DNA from: the human T2T-CHM13v2.0 reference genome, Homo sapiens
Reading direction: 5' to 3' (one strand)
Length of the DNA: 64,000 nt
NCBI RefSeq assembly: GCF_009914755.1
Contig: NC_060929.1
The position numbers and the translations under genes were made by a program. A model generated the notes under the pieces. The model had not been told where the DNA came from, ran no database searches, and saw nothing but the letters and a program-made list of their open reading frames with translations. Of the stretch, positions 14,301 to 28,348 are shown piece by piece; positions within the stretch are counted from its first letter, which is position 1; each line of letters opens with the position of its first letter.

Positions 14301-16449
14301 TTGATTGAAATCTCAAGCCTTTGTTTTGGGAGTGGTGTGCTTAGCGTGAGCTGTGCTATCTACCTGGGCTTCTGACCTAGAGATGTTGGGCAGGTGTTTG
14401 GACAGGCCCTGGGCCCTTTGCATCCCAGCCTCTGGCTGCTGTCACTTGCAAGTGCTCTCATCCCCTGACCCAGCAGGGCTTTGGGCTGTTGTTACTTTGT
14501 CATGGTCGTTCTAGCAGCTTTGGAAACCTCTTCAGGTTAAGAGTCTTGCATAAGTGAGAGTGGGAGCATGGCCCTCAGATATTTGGCCACATCCTTACTG
14601 GTGTGTTACAGAGACCCAGGAAGAATGTAGTTGAACGAGGACACATGCAGGTGTCCCGGGCCCTGAACAGCTTCTATTCAGAGTTTGGCCTTTCGAAGGC
14701 TGTGCCATCTCAGGTGTGCCTGCAGTGTGCAGCAGGTGTATGCAGCTTCCTCTTTGCAGGTTTCTTGGTATTTAATCTCATCCTTTAATATCTTCTATTA
14801 ACTCAAAGGAAATTCTGTTCTTAGTTTGAAGTCTGAGAGAGACCGACGACTGTCGGCATAGGACATGGTCAGCCATGCCCCGCAAGGCGTCTGGTGAGAG
14901 TCGTTTCCAACTTGGTGCATGTTTTTCTCAATTCTTTCTTGCGAAGGAGTCACAGCTTGGAGGCGCAACCAGGATCCCCCCTCTCCCTCTAGCCTGACCT
15001 CACTGACATAAAGTAGAGCAGGTGTGACCTGTCCGGAACATCCTTGTGATGCTCAGCAGGGCCTGCTGCAGAGCACGGGAGGCATCACTCTAGGGGCCTT
15101 TCCCTCCCGTACTTTCCTGTGAGTGTCCAGGATGCATGAGAGAGGTTGTTGTGAGACCTGCCTTAAAGGGTGGCGGTGGCACGTGTGGACCTTGCTTTCT
15201 GAGTTTCACTCTCCGAGTCCCAGAGGTATAAGCTTGTGAAGAGAAGCGTGTATGTATGATCACACTAAGCAGATACTTGCTCCTGCACTGTTGGAGGAGG
15301 AAGAGGAGTTAATTTCATCAATTAACTCTTCCAACACTCCTTCCATTTAGTAATAGCATCACTTGTTCCTGTCTTTTGTTCCATGGCCAAGCTCCACAAG
15401 GTGAAATTGAAAATCGAGTGCAAGACACTGGCTGTGCTGGAGTTGAGGAAAGTTTTGCTGGAGACCTGCTTGCACCATATGTCTGGTCACTGATAGATGA
15501 GGACTGGCCAGGTCAGGACAGCTGACACTTGGAGAAGGGGCTGCCCAGGAGGGCATGACAGACTCTGGAAAAGGAGGGTCGGAGTATTAAACTGGCTGGG
15601 AATGAGAGGCCTCCAATCTTTTCGCAGGAAAAAAAAAAAAAGGCTTAATGCTCGTGCTGTGGAAGTCAGAATGGAGCAAAGTGGGTTCTGTCTGTCTTGC
15701 TGCTGTGAGCGTGTGATGGAACAACAGTGTCATTTGCTTTTTCTCAGAAATATTTAATGCATGTTTGTGACATAATTTTTCAAAGTAATTTTAAGTAAAT
15801 ATTTTAAAGTAAAAAGTTCTAAGATTTGTGTCTCAAGGTAAAGTCTCAAACGTTCTTTGGTCACTATTTAATATGAGATTTTGTCCTCATTTTAAATGGA
15901 TTCATGTAAGCGTCCTGTGGAAGAAGAGTTAATAGTTATCCTTGGAAAATAAGAACTTTTTATGCCTCAGTTAGGTCATATGGTTTAGGATCTGATTTTG
16001 TAGTTGTGGAGTAAAGGTTAAGAAAAAAAAACAGCAAACCTTGATATTCAAATTCAGAAACTTGATTTTTGAGGATGCAACCAGAATTTGGACTAAAGGT
16101 ACAGAGGGGTGGCAGAGTCAGACCACCCAGACTTGCAGAAGATTGAAGAAGCCGCAGTGCTGCCATGAAGAGGCCCTTTCTAGGAGGTGTGGCTGGCTTG
16201 TCAGTGCTTTGTCTTCTCTGCAGTGAATTGGATGGCAAGCCTCGCCCTCTTCGAAAGCTGCCACTCTGAACCTGCCTTGAGAAGCACCTCAGGGAGGGCA
16301 GGCAGGTGGTCTCAGTCAGCGCTGACAGGTGTCCAAGTTACCTGACCTGTTGGGAACATGTGCCTGAGTGAGGTGGCCAGGATGCCTTTTCTCCCAACAC
16401 TGGGGATGCACACTCGTCAGCATCCTATTTTTGAGATTTCTATGTTGTG

Positions 16450-16940
16450 GTAGTTCTCTGTTGCTGTGTAGCAAATTAACATAAACTCAGAGGCTTAGAA
16501 GAACACTCACTTATGGTCTTAAGGATTTTGTGTGTCAGATCAGGGATGGCGGGGCTGGGTTCTCTGCTTAGGCTTTTGCAAGGCTGAAGTCAAGGTGTTG
16601 GCCAGCTGTGTTCTCAGCTGGCACTCAGGGTCCTCTTACCAGCACATTCCTGTTATTGTCAGAATACAGTTCCTTGCAGGATGGAAGTCCTTGATTGCTT
16701 GCTAGCTGCCAGCAGGGGAATTGGGTAGGGCGCTGTCAGCTTCTTAAGGCCACCTGCATTCCATCTGCAAAGCAAGGTACTTTGAATTTCTCTGATGTTT
16801 TCCGCCAGCTGGAGGAAGCCCCCTGTTTCTATGGGCTTGTGTTATTGAGTCAGGCTCCTGCAGATAACCTGCCTACCTGAAGGTCATGTAGTAGTACAAC
16901 ATGATCATGGTGTGATAACCTCATCAGAGCCACAGGTTCC
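16450..16940 (-). mobile_element. MLT1 LTR, antisense
   Basis: ttgctgtgtagcaaattaacataaactcagaggctta..aaggctgaagtcaaggtgttggcc..gtcagaatacagttccttgcag. Confidence 0.65.
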
Positions 16941-17201
16941 AAGGAGTAGGGTGTAGGACCTTGAGGGGAGGAGGTTCTTCTGTGGGTAGACTTCCCCTGG
17001 CATAGAATCCGTTGATGAGCAGGTTGTGGTTCTTCTTGTCCAACACTTTTCCCCTGACTGGACTCCAGCCCATCGCAATGACTCTTGCAGATTGCCAGTT
17101 CCGTCCTCTGGCTTGGTGGTTACTACTGAACTCAGGCAGCCACTATAACCAGGAGAACCTTTCTGTGCTGCACTCAGATGAACATTCTTTAAAATATGTC
17201 A

Positions 17202-17483
<282 letters not shown>

Positions 17484-19483
17484 TTACCCAAGAGTCACCT
17501 CTGGAACCCAGTTCTCTTAAGTTGATAGCAGTCTATCTTTGCTTTGCAGAAGATGTGGGGAACACTTGTCCTGCAAGCCCAGGTTCGTAGCAATGTTGGC
17601 TTCCCCAGAACCTTGGCTTCAGAGCACTGTGCGTCCTTTAGGAGGCACAAGAAAACTCCCACACGGTTCTTCCCTCTGTCCCTTCCTGAGCCCCCTGAGT
17701 GTTTGGCTCTTGTGGAGTTGCTGCTATTACTAAGTTGATCCCACTGCCCTCCTGAGTCTCCTCAGGGAAGGAGGGGCTGTATTGTAGCCCGCATTCTTAG
17801 TGCCAAGCACACGGTAGCCACTAAGTAAGTATCTCCCAAGAAAGAAGAGCAGGAGGAGGATCTGCCAACTCAGGAGAGCAGGTGGGGGATGGCAAGTCTT
17901 CGGAGTATTCATAAACCAAATGCTAAGGGAAACTTTTGTTGTTTGTCTTAGAATTTTAAAAAATAAAGTCTGTTGCAGTTTATCTGCTTTCCTTCCTGGA
18001 GAGTGGCTAAACTAGTGTTCTGTTTTACAATGTAGAATGCAAAAGCAGAAAACATTCAAGAAAATTCTATACTGTATTTGAAAAACATCACCATTTAGTT
18101 TTAACTGCTCTTTGTTTCTTATTATAAAAATTAATACCTAACTATGAAAAGTTAGAAAGCCTGGAGAAGTATGGAGGTGAGTTGTCCACCATTGGGCCAC
18201 TAGAGAGTGCCCTATGAGCCTGTCCCTGGTGTCCTGGACTCTGGTGGTGTGCACTGCATTTGCTGGCAGTGAGCCAGGGGGTGGGCCACATCTGGGCCCG
18301 GGCGGGGTGGATCTCTGCAGAAGTTTATCCATCTCTTGGCTGACAGGGTGGGCGAGATGGGAGCAGCTCTGAGGGTCCCTGTTGGCAGAGAATGTCTTTG
18401 ATTATCAACAACATGCCTTTTTGTTGTGGGCTTGTGATCCTTTTCTTTCCTAAATCAGCTGCCGTGCATAACCAGTTAGGCTCTCCTGTGGCTTCAGATT
18501 GGAGTTAGTTTCCCAAGTGCTAGGATGTGGGTGTTAGGTGATTTCTGTCTTTCCGTTTGAAAGAGATTTCAGATCATTGTAACATTTCTGGAATCCTGTC
18601 GATCTGAAGGAATGGCTAGGATGTAGTAGTTTAAGGGAAATGAAAAGTCGAATGTATTTTGATGTTTCTGCATCAGACCTGCTCGGTGGAGTCCATTTCT
18701 CAGCTTCGGGAGCCACGTGCTTGGCTCTTGAGAGCCTAGCTCCATCAGCCCATGTCACACACTCACAGGTCTGGCTTTAGCTGGTTTCGCCATGGTTTCT
18801 AACTTGAGCCTCAGTTTCCCCCCCTGTGAAGCAGAGCCTGTGGCACCCACCTCAGAGAGTACATGAAAGACTTGGAAGCACTCTGTGAGTTGTCATGCGA
18901 GAGATTAAAAAGGCCACCGCTGCCCTTTTCTCCTCTCTTTAAGGAAATTGAAACCAAAAATTAAGTCCTTCTTGCCAGCTGGACAGGAAAAGCCTTTTTC
19001 TTGGTTTTTGAAAATACAACTTCCACTTTCAGACCAAAGTGAAAACTGCTAAAGACTGAATATTCTGAGTCTTGGGAGTGGGGGGCTAGAGGGGTGTTGT
19101 GAATTGAAAGATACCTTTCTATTTTTAAAACATTTTAACAATGCCTTAATGATGAATAATGTCTGTTCTAGTTTTGCATTTGTTAGTTTTTTTTTTTTTT
19201 TTTTTTTTAACTGTTCTGAAGGTACATCAGCACTGTTCTACAGCTTTAAATAAGAATCTCATCTCCCCAGAGGCAAGGGTACTCTTGATGTATTTGCTCA
19301 GGGCTGTATGTGCTGCTCCGTGTAACTCATTTAAAGTTGGTTAAGGTTTTTTTATTTCTTGCACATAGTAGAAGGAGTGGATGAAGTGTTTTCTGAACTC
19401 TTTGCAGCTTCTAACATAGTGTTCTGTGTATAGTGAAGGAAAACAAAATTAAGGGCCAGGGAACATTAAGTAGGCAACTGGAA

Positions 19484-19662
19484 CAGCACTGTCCAGTAGA
19501 ACTTCCTGTGGAGATGGAATAATTCTATTTTTGCACTAATACAGTAGCCACTGGCCATATGTGACTTTTGAGCACTTGAAATGTGACAAATGCAACTGAG
19601 GAGCTGAATTTTAATTTTATTTACTTTTAATTAAAATTTAAATGGCCATGTATTTAGACAGC
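19484..19662. mobile_element. MER3 (hAT-Charlie)
   Basis: cagcactgtccagtagaacttcctgtg..gtagccactggccatatgtgac..gagcacttgaaatgtg. Confidence 0.8.
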
Positions 19663-21681
19663 TCTGAACTGCAGTAACTTTAGGCTCTATTTGAAACAGT
19701 GTTTGATTCAGTAACTGTTGCTGAAATAAATTGAAACTCATACAACAGTAAAAGCTGTGTTACTCAGCAAGTTATCACTGTGAAAGCTCTAGAAATTGTT
19801 TGAGTTTCCAATGCAAATCCTTTTCAAAAAGCCGCTGTTTTAATAGCACATGAAGCATAAAATAGGTTCATAGCAGAGCGCAGCACAGAGCAACATGGAG
19901 CAACTGTTATGACCTGGAGTGTCTCCAGTCCAGCATGCAGGTGATAGGTCTCAGCGTTTTTGCACGCAGGTTAATGATGGTGCAGACGGTCACTTCCTTC
20001 TCTCAACAGTCTTCCTGGTCACGAGCACCATTGTGGCTCATGTGTGTGGGGCTCTTTTGGCTTAGCTCTCTGCATGAGTTTGCTCCTTGAGTTCCCAGAG
20101 CTGACCCTTGAAATGAGTGATATTACTCCTGTTTTGTAGACAGAAAACTGAAGCCTTGACAGTCTGACGTGACCTGGCAAGAGGTGCTGCAGTTGGAAAT
20201 GTGAATTCACGGCTGACATCTGGGCACTTTACTCCTAACAGTGTTCAGTGAACAAGACGTCGCTAACATGCGGGGGATGGAACCTAGCAACTCATTCTAC
20301 AAACATGGTTCAAATATGTTGGTGCAGGGCCTTTTGCTTTGTTTTCCTAAAGAGATTAGATTCAGATGTGGTGGGGTGCTTTGACAGCCACCGCAGGACA
20401 AAGTTGATAGCTGTGGGGTTGCGGAGTGTTGAGGATTTCATAGGGAAGCCAGTCCTGCGCAGTAGTACGCTCAGGTTCGTGCTTTCTTGAGGTGTTCCAG
20501 AACTGGCCTGGAGGGAGGCTGCAGTGTGGAAGCGGGATTTCTGTCACCTGGAGTATTCTTAGAAGTTGCATTCTATGAAGAGTGGAGCATCTGATGAGCT
20601 GTTTACTCGCTGTTTCATCTGACGGCAGTTGAAAGACAAGGCAGGACTGGCAGCGCAGCTGCCTCAGTCAGCACTGCTGCACTGGGGGCTTGACCTGCAG
20701 TCTCGCAATCCTGGACTATAACTCATTTTGAAGAGAGAAAAATTAAGCATTAAGTGATTCAAGCGTCTTGCCCAAGGCGCTACTAGAAAATAAAGGCACT
20801 GGTGCCCAGATGCAGGTCTGCATGGTATGCAAGCCTGGGCTTCTTCCCACCTCCCCCACAGAGAGGGCACTGGTATGTTGGAGTGAAGAGCCACGCAAGA
20901 CCTCTGTGAATGGGCAGAGATGGGCCAGTGACGCAACACAGTAAAGTGTATTTTGGTTATAGGCATCGTCTCTAAACTTATGTAAAACATTATTAAAAAA
21001 TGGAAGGACAACGATGAAATGATGGCCAAAAATATAGAAAAGGATACCTTGCATGTCCTGTGAAATGCAAAGGAATTCTAAAGTGTCATTATGAGTTACC
21101 TCATGGAAGAAAGCAAAAGGTGAATCTATCTAGAGTTTGTGGTTCTGACTCACAAGAGACTGATGTTCATGCTGAAGGACGAGTGTGACAGGTGGAAGGA
21201 TAGAGCACCGAGACCACACTCTAAAGGGTAGGAATCTATGGGAACTATTCAGGGAGATGAAAGCATGGAATGAACTGAAGCTTGCAGACTCGTTGAGTAA
21301 AAAGCGCGTTTTAGGATTGGTTTTAGAATAAAATAACAAGGCCTGTGGTTGGGGAAGATGACTTGCTGTTCACAGAGCCTCCCTTAATAGGTGGGGACCT
21401 CAGCTTTTCCTCTGCTGCCATCAGGTGAGTGGTGTACAGTCCTAGCCACAGTAGTAATCACCACTGGCCTGACTGAGCCCTCACCCTTTATACAGTGTCT
21501 CCTGCCACCCTCCTGGGAGAGGCTGTTCTCGGCACAGCTGGCCTGGGGTCACACAGCTGGTAGGTGTAAAGCAGGCATTGGAGTCCAGGTAGTCTCACTC
21601 CGTAGCCTGTCTCTTTAGCCACTGGAAATGTAGAGCAAAGCGAGAATTGTCCAAAGAGATAAGCTAATAAAGAGGAAAACA

Positions 21682-21988
<307 letters not shown>

Positions 21989-23649
21989 TTATGCTGAGTT
22001 CCAGAGAAGTGATGTCTGTCTTCTCAGGAGAGATGCCGATGCTGTCTGAGGGCCTGCCCAGTCTCCACATGATTCAGAGACTCCAGAGATGGACAGCTAG
22101 TGCCCTGATTTTCCCAAGAGGATTCTGAGGGTGACTTCTGTCAACCAAACAGGAGGACCTGGTGCTGTCATCACCAGTTGTAGAGAGGCTGCGGACCACC
22201 TGCTGTGTGTGCCATCTTACACTGCCATTTGCTGATTGCTTCAAAGCTAGAGGTTGTTTCTAAGAGTGCTTCGTGCTAACTAACTAAAACATAATGACAT
22301 TGTTTTTGTAAAACTGATCCGTGGTTTGTTTTTTAAAGCAGAAAGCTCTAAAGTCACTCAGTCCCACCACCCAGAAGCACAAGCAGGTGGCTGCCACTGT
22401 AGGACCTCTCTCTCTAGGCTCGTGTAGATGGACACATGGATTGGTCAGTAGAAATACTTTTATTAAAAGTCTTATCTTTACATAAATTTGCCAAATTATT
22501 AATTTTGCTTGAAAGGGAAAGGTGTCCAACTTCAGTTGGAAATACTAGTTTCTAAGAGATACTGCTGAGACTAAGAGCATAAAACATGATGAAAACCTTA
22601 AGTGGCTAAGTGCAGCAACGTCAGAGTAAAAGCTTTGATGAAGTCTTGGTTTGCTTGGGCTGTGTAGGTTGGAGGCTCAGCCTTTGTTTCTCCCTCCTCT
22701 GGTGCCCAGTGGTGGTGTTTGTGTCCGTGAATTTTCAACCTCTGTAGTTTGTTTGTAGTTATGACCACTGTTGCACCGAACCCTTACCGAGGGCCAGGCC
22801 CTGTGCTAAGCACTTGCCAGTGTGGATTTATTAAGTCTTCATGACAGCACCATGTAGGGGGAGCTGCGTCCCTGTGTTGTACTTGGGACGCGATCTGACC
22901 TCAGGCACTTCAGGCTCCTGAAGAGTCTGCAGTCTCGTCTCTGCCTGGGAAACCACGATTTGCAGCATATTCCACAGACCTCATGCTCATCACCAGGAGG
23001 CTTCCCGGGACTGCTGCCTGAGATTTCTAAGTTCCTAATGTGGTTCATGCTTCTGGTGAGTTTCTTTGAGGCGACGCCCCCTGCGTTGCCTCTGGTCAGC
23101 TCAGTCCTGTGGTCCTGCAGGGCATCCTACAGTGTCCTCTGTCTGTGACTTGTGCCGCGCCACCTTGACCTGGCATCCACTGTCCTCTACCGCGTTTGCA
23201 GATAGGAGCCACTGTTGGTGCCTTTTTGTCGTGTGTGTTGAATGGTCAGGGTCCCAAATAGCTGATTGGGAGCACTCTCCTTGAATCTGCCATGTGCCTG
23301 GGTCTCAGGTGACTGGGCCCCTCCTTGCTTCAGAACCCACGTGCGTTGCCTGTCCTCTCTGGCTTGGAGGGTTGTGTGGAATCAGAGGTGAGACCCAGTC
23401 CCCAGGGATGGGCAGTTGCCTTTGATTGCCCAGCTGTCCTCAGCGCCCTCCCTCCTGCGCCCAACTGCTGTCTCAGTTGCTTGCTTGAGGATCCGGATAT
23501 AGACTGAGGTCGGCCTTAGCGTGGTGGGGGGTTTTCTCTTGAGTCTTGGATACTTTGTTACCGGTCCCATCTTCCTGTGGGTGGGAGTGTCTGTCTTGCT
23601 TGGCCCAGCCTCCCAGAGACCTTAGCTCTCTTAGTACATGGGCTCTGCC

Positions 23650-24540
23650 TACCTTGATCCCCAGCTCACCACCCTAGTGCAGTTGCTTCTTCGCTCTTGT
23701 TCCACTCCTTGTCGCCGTCCACCCTGTGCTTTCTCGATGTGTCCTTACTCGGTGTTTCTGTGGAGCAGGGCATCCTGGGCTTCCTTTCTGATCCCTGGCT
23801 CCTGTGATCTTCCGTGCTGGGCTCCCTCTTCCCTTCCCTTTTCCACTGTGTTGCCCTCACACAGCTGGCGCGCCATGGATGTCGCTCACCCAAGCCCTTC
23901 CTAATGTTGCTCACCAAAACCCCTCCCACCTTGCCCCTGGGACCTTCTCCCCTTCCAGGCTGCATGCAGGCCGAGGGCCTGGCGTCTCAGCAGGAGGCAG
24001 TGGGGCCTTTGCTGGCACCTGGGCTCTGCATCCTGACCTTCTGAGGGCTTGGTCCTTTAGGTCCATCTTGAATCTCCTCCAGGCTTCGGACTCTCTGCTC
24101 TGTAGCTGGCCCATGGAGACGGGTACACTCAGGCCTGGTCTTAGACTCCGCTGCTTGGGCTGTGCTGGTGCCTTTGGTGCCCTCTTAGTCCATCCCACCT
24201 GGGGGCCCTGTCCTGCTGTCCATTGTGCCAGAGTGCTGTCCCCTTGTCTTTCCGTAACTGGCTGCTCGTTACCTTTCCCATCTCAGCCTCAGTACCAGCC
24301 ACTTGGTATCAGGGAGGCTCTCCCTGACCAACCTAAAGTTCACAGCCGTGGTTGCCAGTTTAAATTTCTGCATAGCAACTTTTTGGTTTATTTTGGCTAC
24401 TTATCTTCCCCATCATGCCCCCTGTCCCTCCCATATAAACTCAGTGAGAGTAGGGGCCACATCTCATCATCCTGCCCACAGCTCTGCTGTCTGTATCAGC
24501 CAGGGTATGCTGTGCAGAGGCTCACGGTAAATAGCTGCAG
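23650..24540. mobile_element. Degenerate L2-like sequence
   Basis: Pyrimidine-rich blocks such as cagggaggctctccctgacc and tataaactcagtgagagtaggggccac resemble the L2 3' end; family uncertain. Confidence 0.4.
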
Positions 24541-27396
24541 ACCACGAATCCCATCTGCTTGCTGTGCTTTAATATTGGCTTACATCTTTGGATCCAGTGA
24601 GTTCTTTTCTCTGTCTCCCTCTCTCTCACTCGCTCATACTTACTTTGTGTAATTGGTGATTTCCAGCCTTTTGTATAGTCCTTTCTCGAATAGTTGTTTT
24701 CTGTCATCTTGGCGGGGGCCTCAAGGGGTTGACTGTACGGAGGGCAGGGGCTGCAGAGCTGCAGCTGCTGCCTGGGGTCTCACGGCGCCCGTGAGGTGTA
24801 GGCAGGTGCTTTGCCTCTGAGCTGTCTGTAGAATGGGGTGACGGCGGTTTCATCAGACTCAGTGAAGCGTGTCATACAGTGAGTGTCTGGTCACAGCAGG
24901 CAGATGGTGAATGTCAGCTAATGAGTATTCATCACCAATGAATAGTAACAGTTTTTTTTACTAAGGCTATGTAATGTAGCCTCAGAATCCCACTCAGCAC
25001 AGCCCCCTGGCAGCGGTGCCTCTGAGAGCTGGCATGATGGAGAGAGCCTGGTTGGCCTTACTGGTGTGGTTGGGGCACTTGGGAGAACGCCTTCCTCACA
25101 CAGCTCATCTGGAGGGTTTTCGGACTTGTAGGATAGCTTTTTCAGGGGCCTTGCCTTTGGCAGGGCAGGGACGTGTACTGCTGCAGTCTAGGGTATGGGA
25201 TAACTTTCTAAACCAGACCCAGAACTTCATGGCCGCAGGGGCCTTTTAGCCATGCGGGGCTAGGAGCTGACACAGCGTCAGCAGCATGAGGGCCTGTGGT
25301 GCTGGGCGGCAGAGCCCAGAGGGAGCCCCTGCTGGTGTGACTTTAGTGTAAAGGCTGGGGGATACCAGATTCTTACAGAAGACTTAAGACGGGCACAGTG
25401 ATGTCTGCTCTTTGACCCTTGCAGTATGAATTAGTAAAACTGAAATTATTACATTTCCTTTATTAGGATTATAAAAGCAATGATGACTTATTGAAGAAAA
25501 TTTGGAAAATACAGAAACTACCTATAATTTTTCCATTGTTAACATTTGAGCATATTTCTTGTCACTTTTAATGGTGCTTTAAATATGTAGCAAATGTATC
25601 ATTTCGTATTTTAAAAAAATGCTAGGTAAGCATTTCCTCCTGTCCTTAAAAAGCTCTTTTAAACAACTTTAAAATATTGTATAGATAGATGTACACAATT
25701 TTCTGAATAATTGGAGTTATATTTACATCTTTTCACTCTTTAGGAAAGGACTGGCCTGTTTCTGTGTTGGGTTCCTTCCTGAGTGTGGCTTCCAGCTCAG
25801 TGGCTCAGACTTCAAGATGAAGACTTCAGTCCTGGTTGTGTATGGTCTTGGGCCAGTTACCATATGTCTAATGAATACTTAGTTTTGTCATCTACAAAAT
25901 GAAAATAGTAATATTTGCCTCAAAGACTATTATTTGGGAGGATCTAGTGCAAATGTTAGTAATGTGGATATTGTGTAGTGTCCCAGGATATTAATGTTTT
26001 TAGCCTCTTGGCTTTTATTCTGTATTGTTGCCCCAAAAGATGATGCTCACTTATCTTTCATCCAGTGTAAGGATATCTGGAAAGACAACAGAAAGTATAG
26101 CTGTTTTCATTTCAAAAGTGATCAGCTGCTTGAGCTAGCAAGCAAGGCTTGCACTAGCTTCCAGGCGCAGTCACGCAGTTTCACAGCAGGCGCGGTTCCC
26201 TCGGAGCACCCAGAGCTGCCCTGTGGTAGTCAGCAGTTGTTCTGTGGCTGCACTGCCAGGCTGGGTGGCAGGTGGATCGGAGCCAGCAGATGTGGCTCAG
26301 GAAGTGCCTTCTTGGCCTCTCCTTAATCTCTTTCAGAGTCTGTGGGCCCTTGATTGCACTGTGGGTTGTTTCAGACTCCAGTATTAGGAGACTGAACCCC
26401 TTGGTGGTTTTTTTGTGTGTGTGTGCTGAGCTGGGTTGAGGACATGTTAAGCAGGTGGGGTGCCTCCCCTGGGTTTGCTCCGGGTGGTACCTGTGGTGTG
26501 GGGTGGTTCTGAGTAGTTCTGGCCCCACTGCTGGAGTATCTGCCCACTCAGTTTGTGAGATGGCAGGGCTTCATCCTGGTCTGGTGCCTCATTTTCTTCT
26601 TTAGCAGTGGGCTTAGAACCAATGCAGATTCCCAAGTTAAGTATTTTTTCTGTAGCTTAATTATTACAGGCTTCTGGTACCTAAGCCCTTTCTTACTTTC
26701 TGTTCTGAGGGGAAGAGAAGATAATGTTGTTTCTCCGCCCCCCCCGGAGTGGCCCCAGGACCTTGCATGGCATTTGCAGCATTTGCAGCGTGCTTGGGTT
26801 TGCTTTACTAGGGTGAAAGTGTTGCACCCCCCAGCACCCACAAAGGCACCTCTGCTCACCCTCCGGTGAGGTTCTGACTGGCCCTGGGACATCACCTGCT
26901 CCAGGATCCTATGTGGCTCATCCCAGGAGAGATGTGGGAGGGAAGGGGAAAAAAGGCTTACATTTGCTGAGTGGAATTCATGTAGATCTGAGTTCCGCAT
27001 TGATTCCTAAGCTGCAGAGCCCTTATGCCTTGGCTGTTTTGTGAATGTTAGTCGGTCTTAACCTTTTTCACCGAGTTAGCATTGGCTGTCTCAGGAGGCT
27101 CACAGCTCCTGCTCCTCCTCCAGGGGAGTGCGCCCTCCTCCTCTGTCGGTAGCTGTCAGGTGCCCCTTTCCTCTGCAGCAGACTGTCCTGGGTCCTTGCC
27201 TGGCCTTCCCCTTACACGTGAGCCTGCAGCTTCATTCACAGCCCCTGTGTAGAAAGATAGGCACATCGATAGGTCCCTCCCTGCCCAGAGTGGGCGGAAC
27301 TGAGGCAGGCACTAAAAGCAGCTGACTGGCAGCCCTAGAAACATGAAGGGTTTCATTTATAGTTTCAGTCCTTTTCCTTCTTTCGAGCCTTAATTT

Positions 27397-27417
27397 AAAA
27401 AAAAAAAAAAAAAAAAA
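27397..27417 (+). repeat. A21 homopolymer in intron 1
   Basis: Read directly from the sequence. Confidence 0.95.
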
Positions 27418-28185
27418 GCCTTGAAGTCCTGCTTCTGAGTTTTCTAATTTGTGCAGGTATTAGTTGCCTTGTATCATAATCAAAAATAAATAAAAATGAT
27501 TTATAATTAGCTTATTAACTGTATCAGTAAATGGATACTTTAAAGAGGATCATTGATCCCTCAAAATAGAAGCAATGCAGTCATTCCCTCATTATGCTTT
27601 ACTTGTGATTTGCTTACAACCCACTCTTCCTAGTTAAAGTTAAATATTAATCCAGACCCTATCAGTGCGATGTAGTAGTGTCTGAATCAGTTGTTGTTTT
27701 GGTGTAATCGTATCAAAGCATGTTATAAAATCTACAAAATTGCAGGGTTAACTCCAAATATTTTCACTAAGGTATTGTTTTTTTGGGCAAAAATGCATAG
27801 TGAACATTGTGGAGCTGAAGTGAGGGAACTTCGATTTCTGAGAAACCACTAGTTTTAAGGGTTTTGAAGGAAGAGTTGGAGGAGGAGAGGAAGAGAATAA
27901 ATTCACAGTTAATGAGTTTCCAGTATTTTCTGTCGCATTTTACGTTGTAATGGAAAAGACTGGGAACTGAACTCACATGCAGTTTGTCAAATCACTTTTT
28001 CCCTAGAATTCAGGATTGATGAGATTAACGGGGTGTTAAAGGTAAACTGAGGCACATAATTAACATGGACAGAACTGTAGACCTGAGTGTTGAGAGTTGG
28101 GAAATTTCAGTGAGTTGGGAAGACTGGAAGCACCTGTTCTTCAGAGTGCAGGTCCTCATATTCAGTGGGTTTAAGGTGCTGAAAC

Positions 28186-28348
28186 TTTTTTTTTTTTTTT
28201 TTGAGATGGGGTCTTGCACTGTTGCCCAGACTAGAGTGCAGTGGTGTAATCACCACTCACTGTAGCTTCGAATCCTGGGCTGTCAGCCTATCCTCCCACA
28301 TCAGCCTCCTGACTAGCTGGACTGCAGGCCTGGGCCAAAACTCCTGGC
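28186..28348 (-). mobile_element. Old Alu monomer (FRAM/AluJ-like)
   Basis: Poly-T then gagatggggtcttgcactgttgcccaga..gagtgcagtgg; single arm. Confidence 0.85.

Noticed and set aside
23804-24652. 282-aa ORF in intron 1
   Set aside because: Non-ATG start, lies in degenerate repeat-like sequence, and shows no recognisable homology or exon signals.
25994-26326. 110-aa ATG ORF with a hydrophobic, signal-like start
   Set aside because: Intronic, starts at the edge of a MIR-like region, and its length is expected by chance. Any cDNA support could come from priming at the A21 tract.
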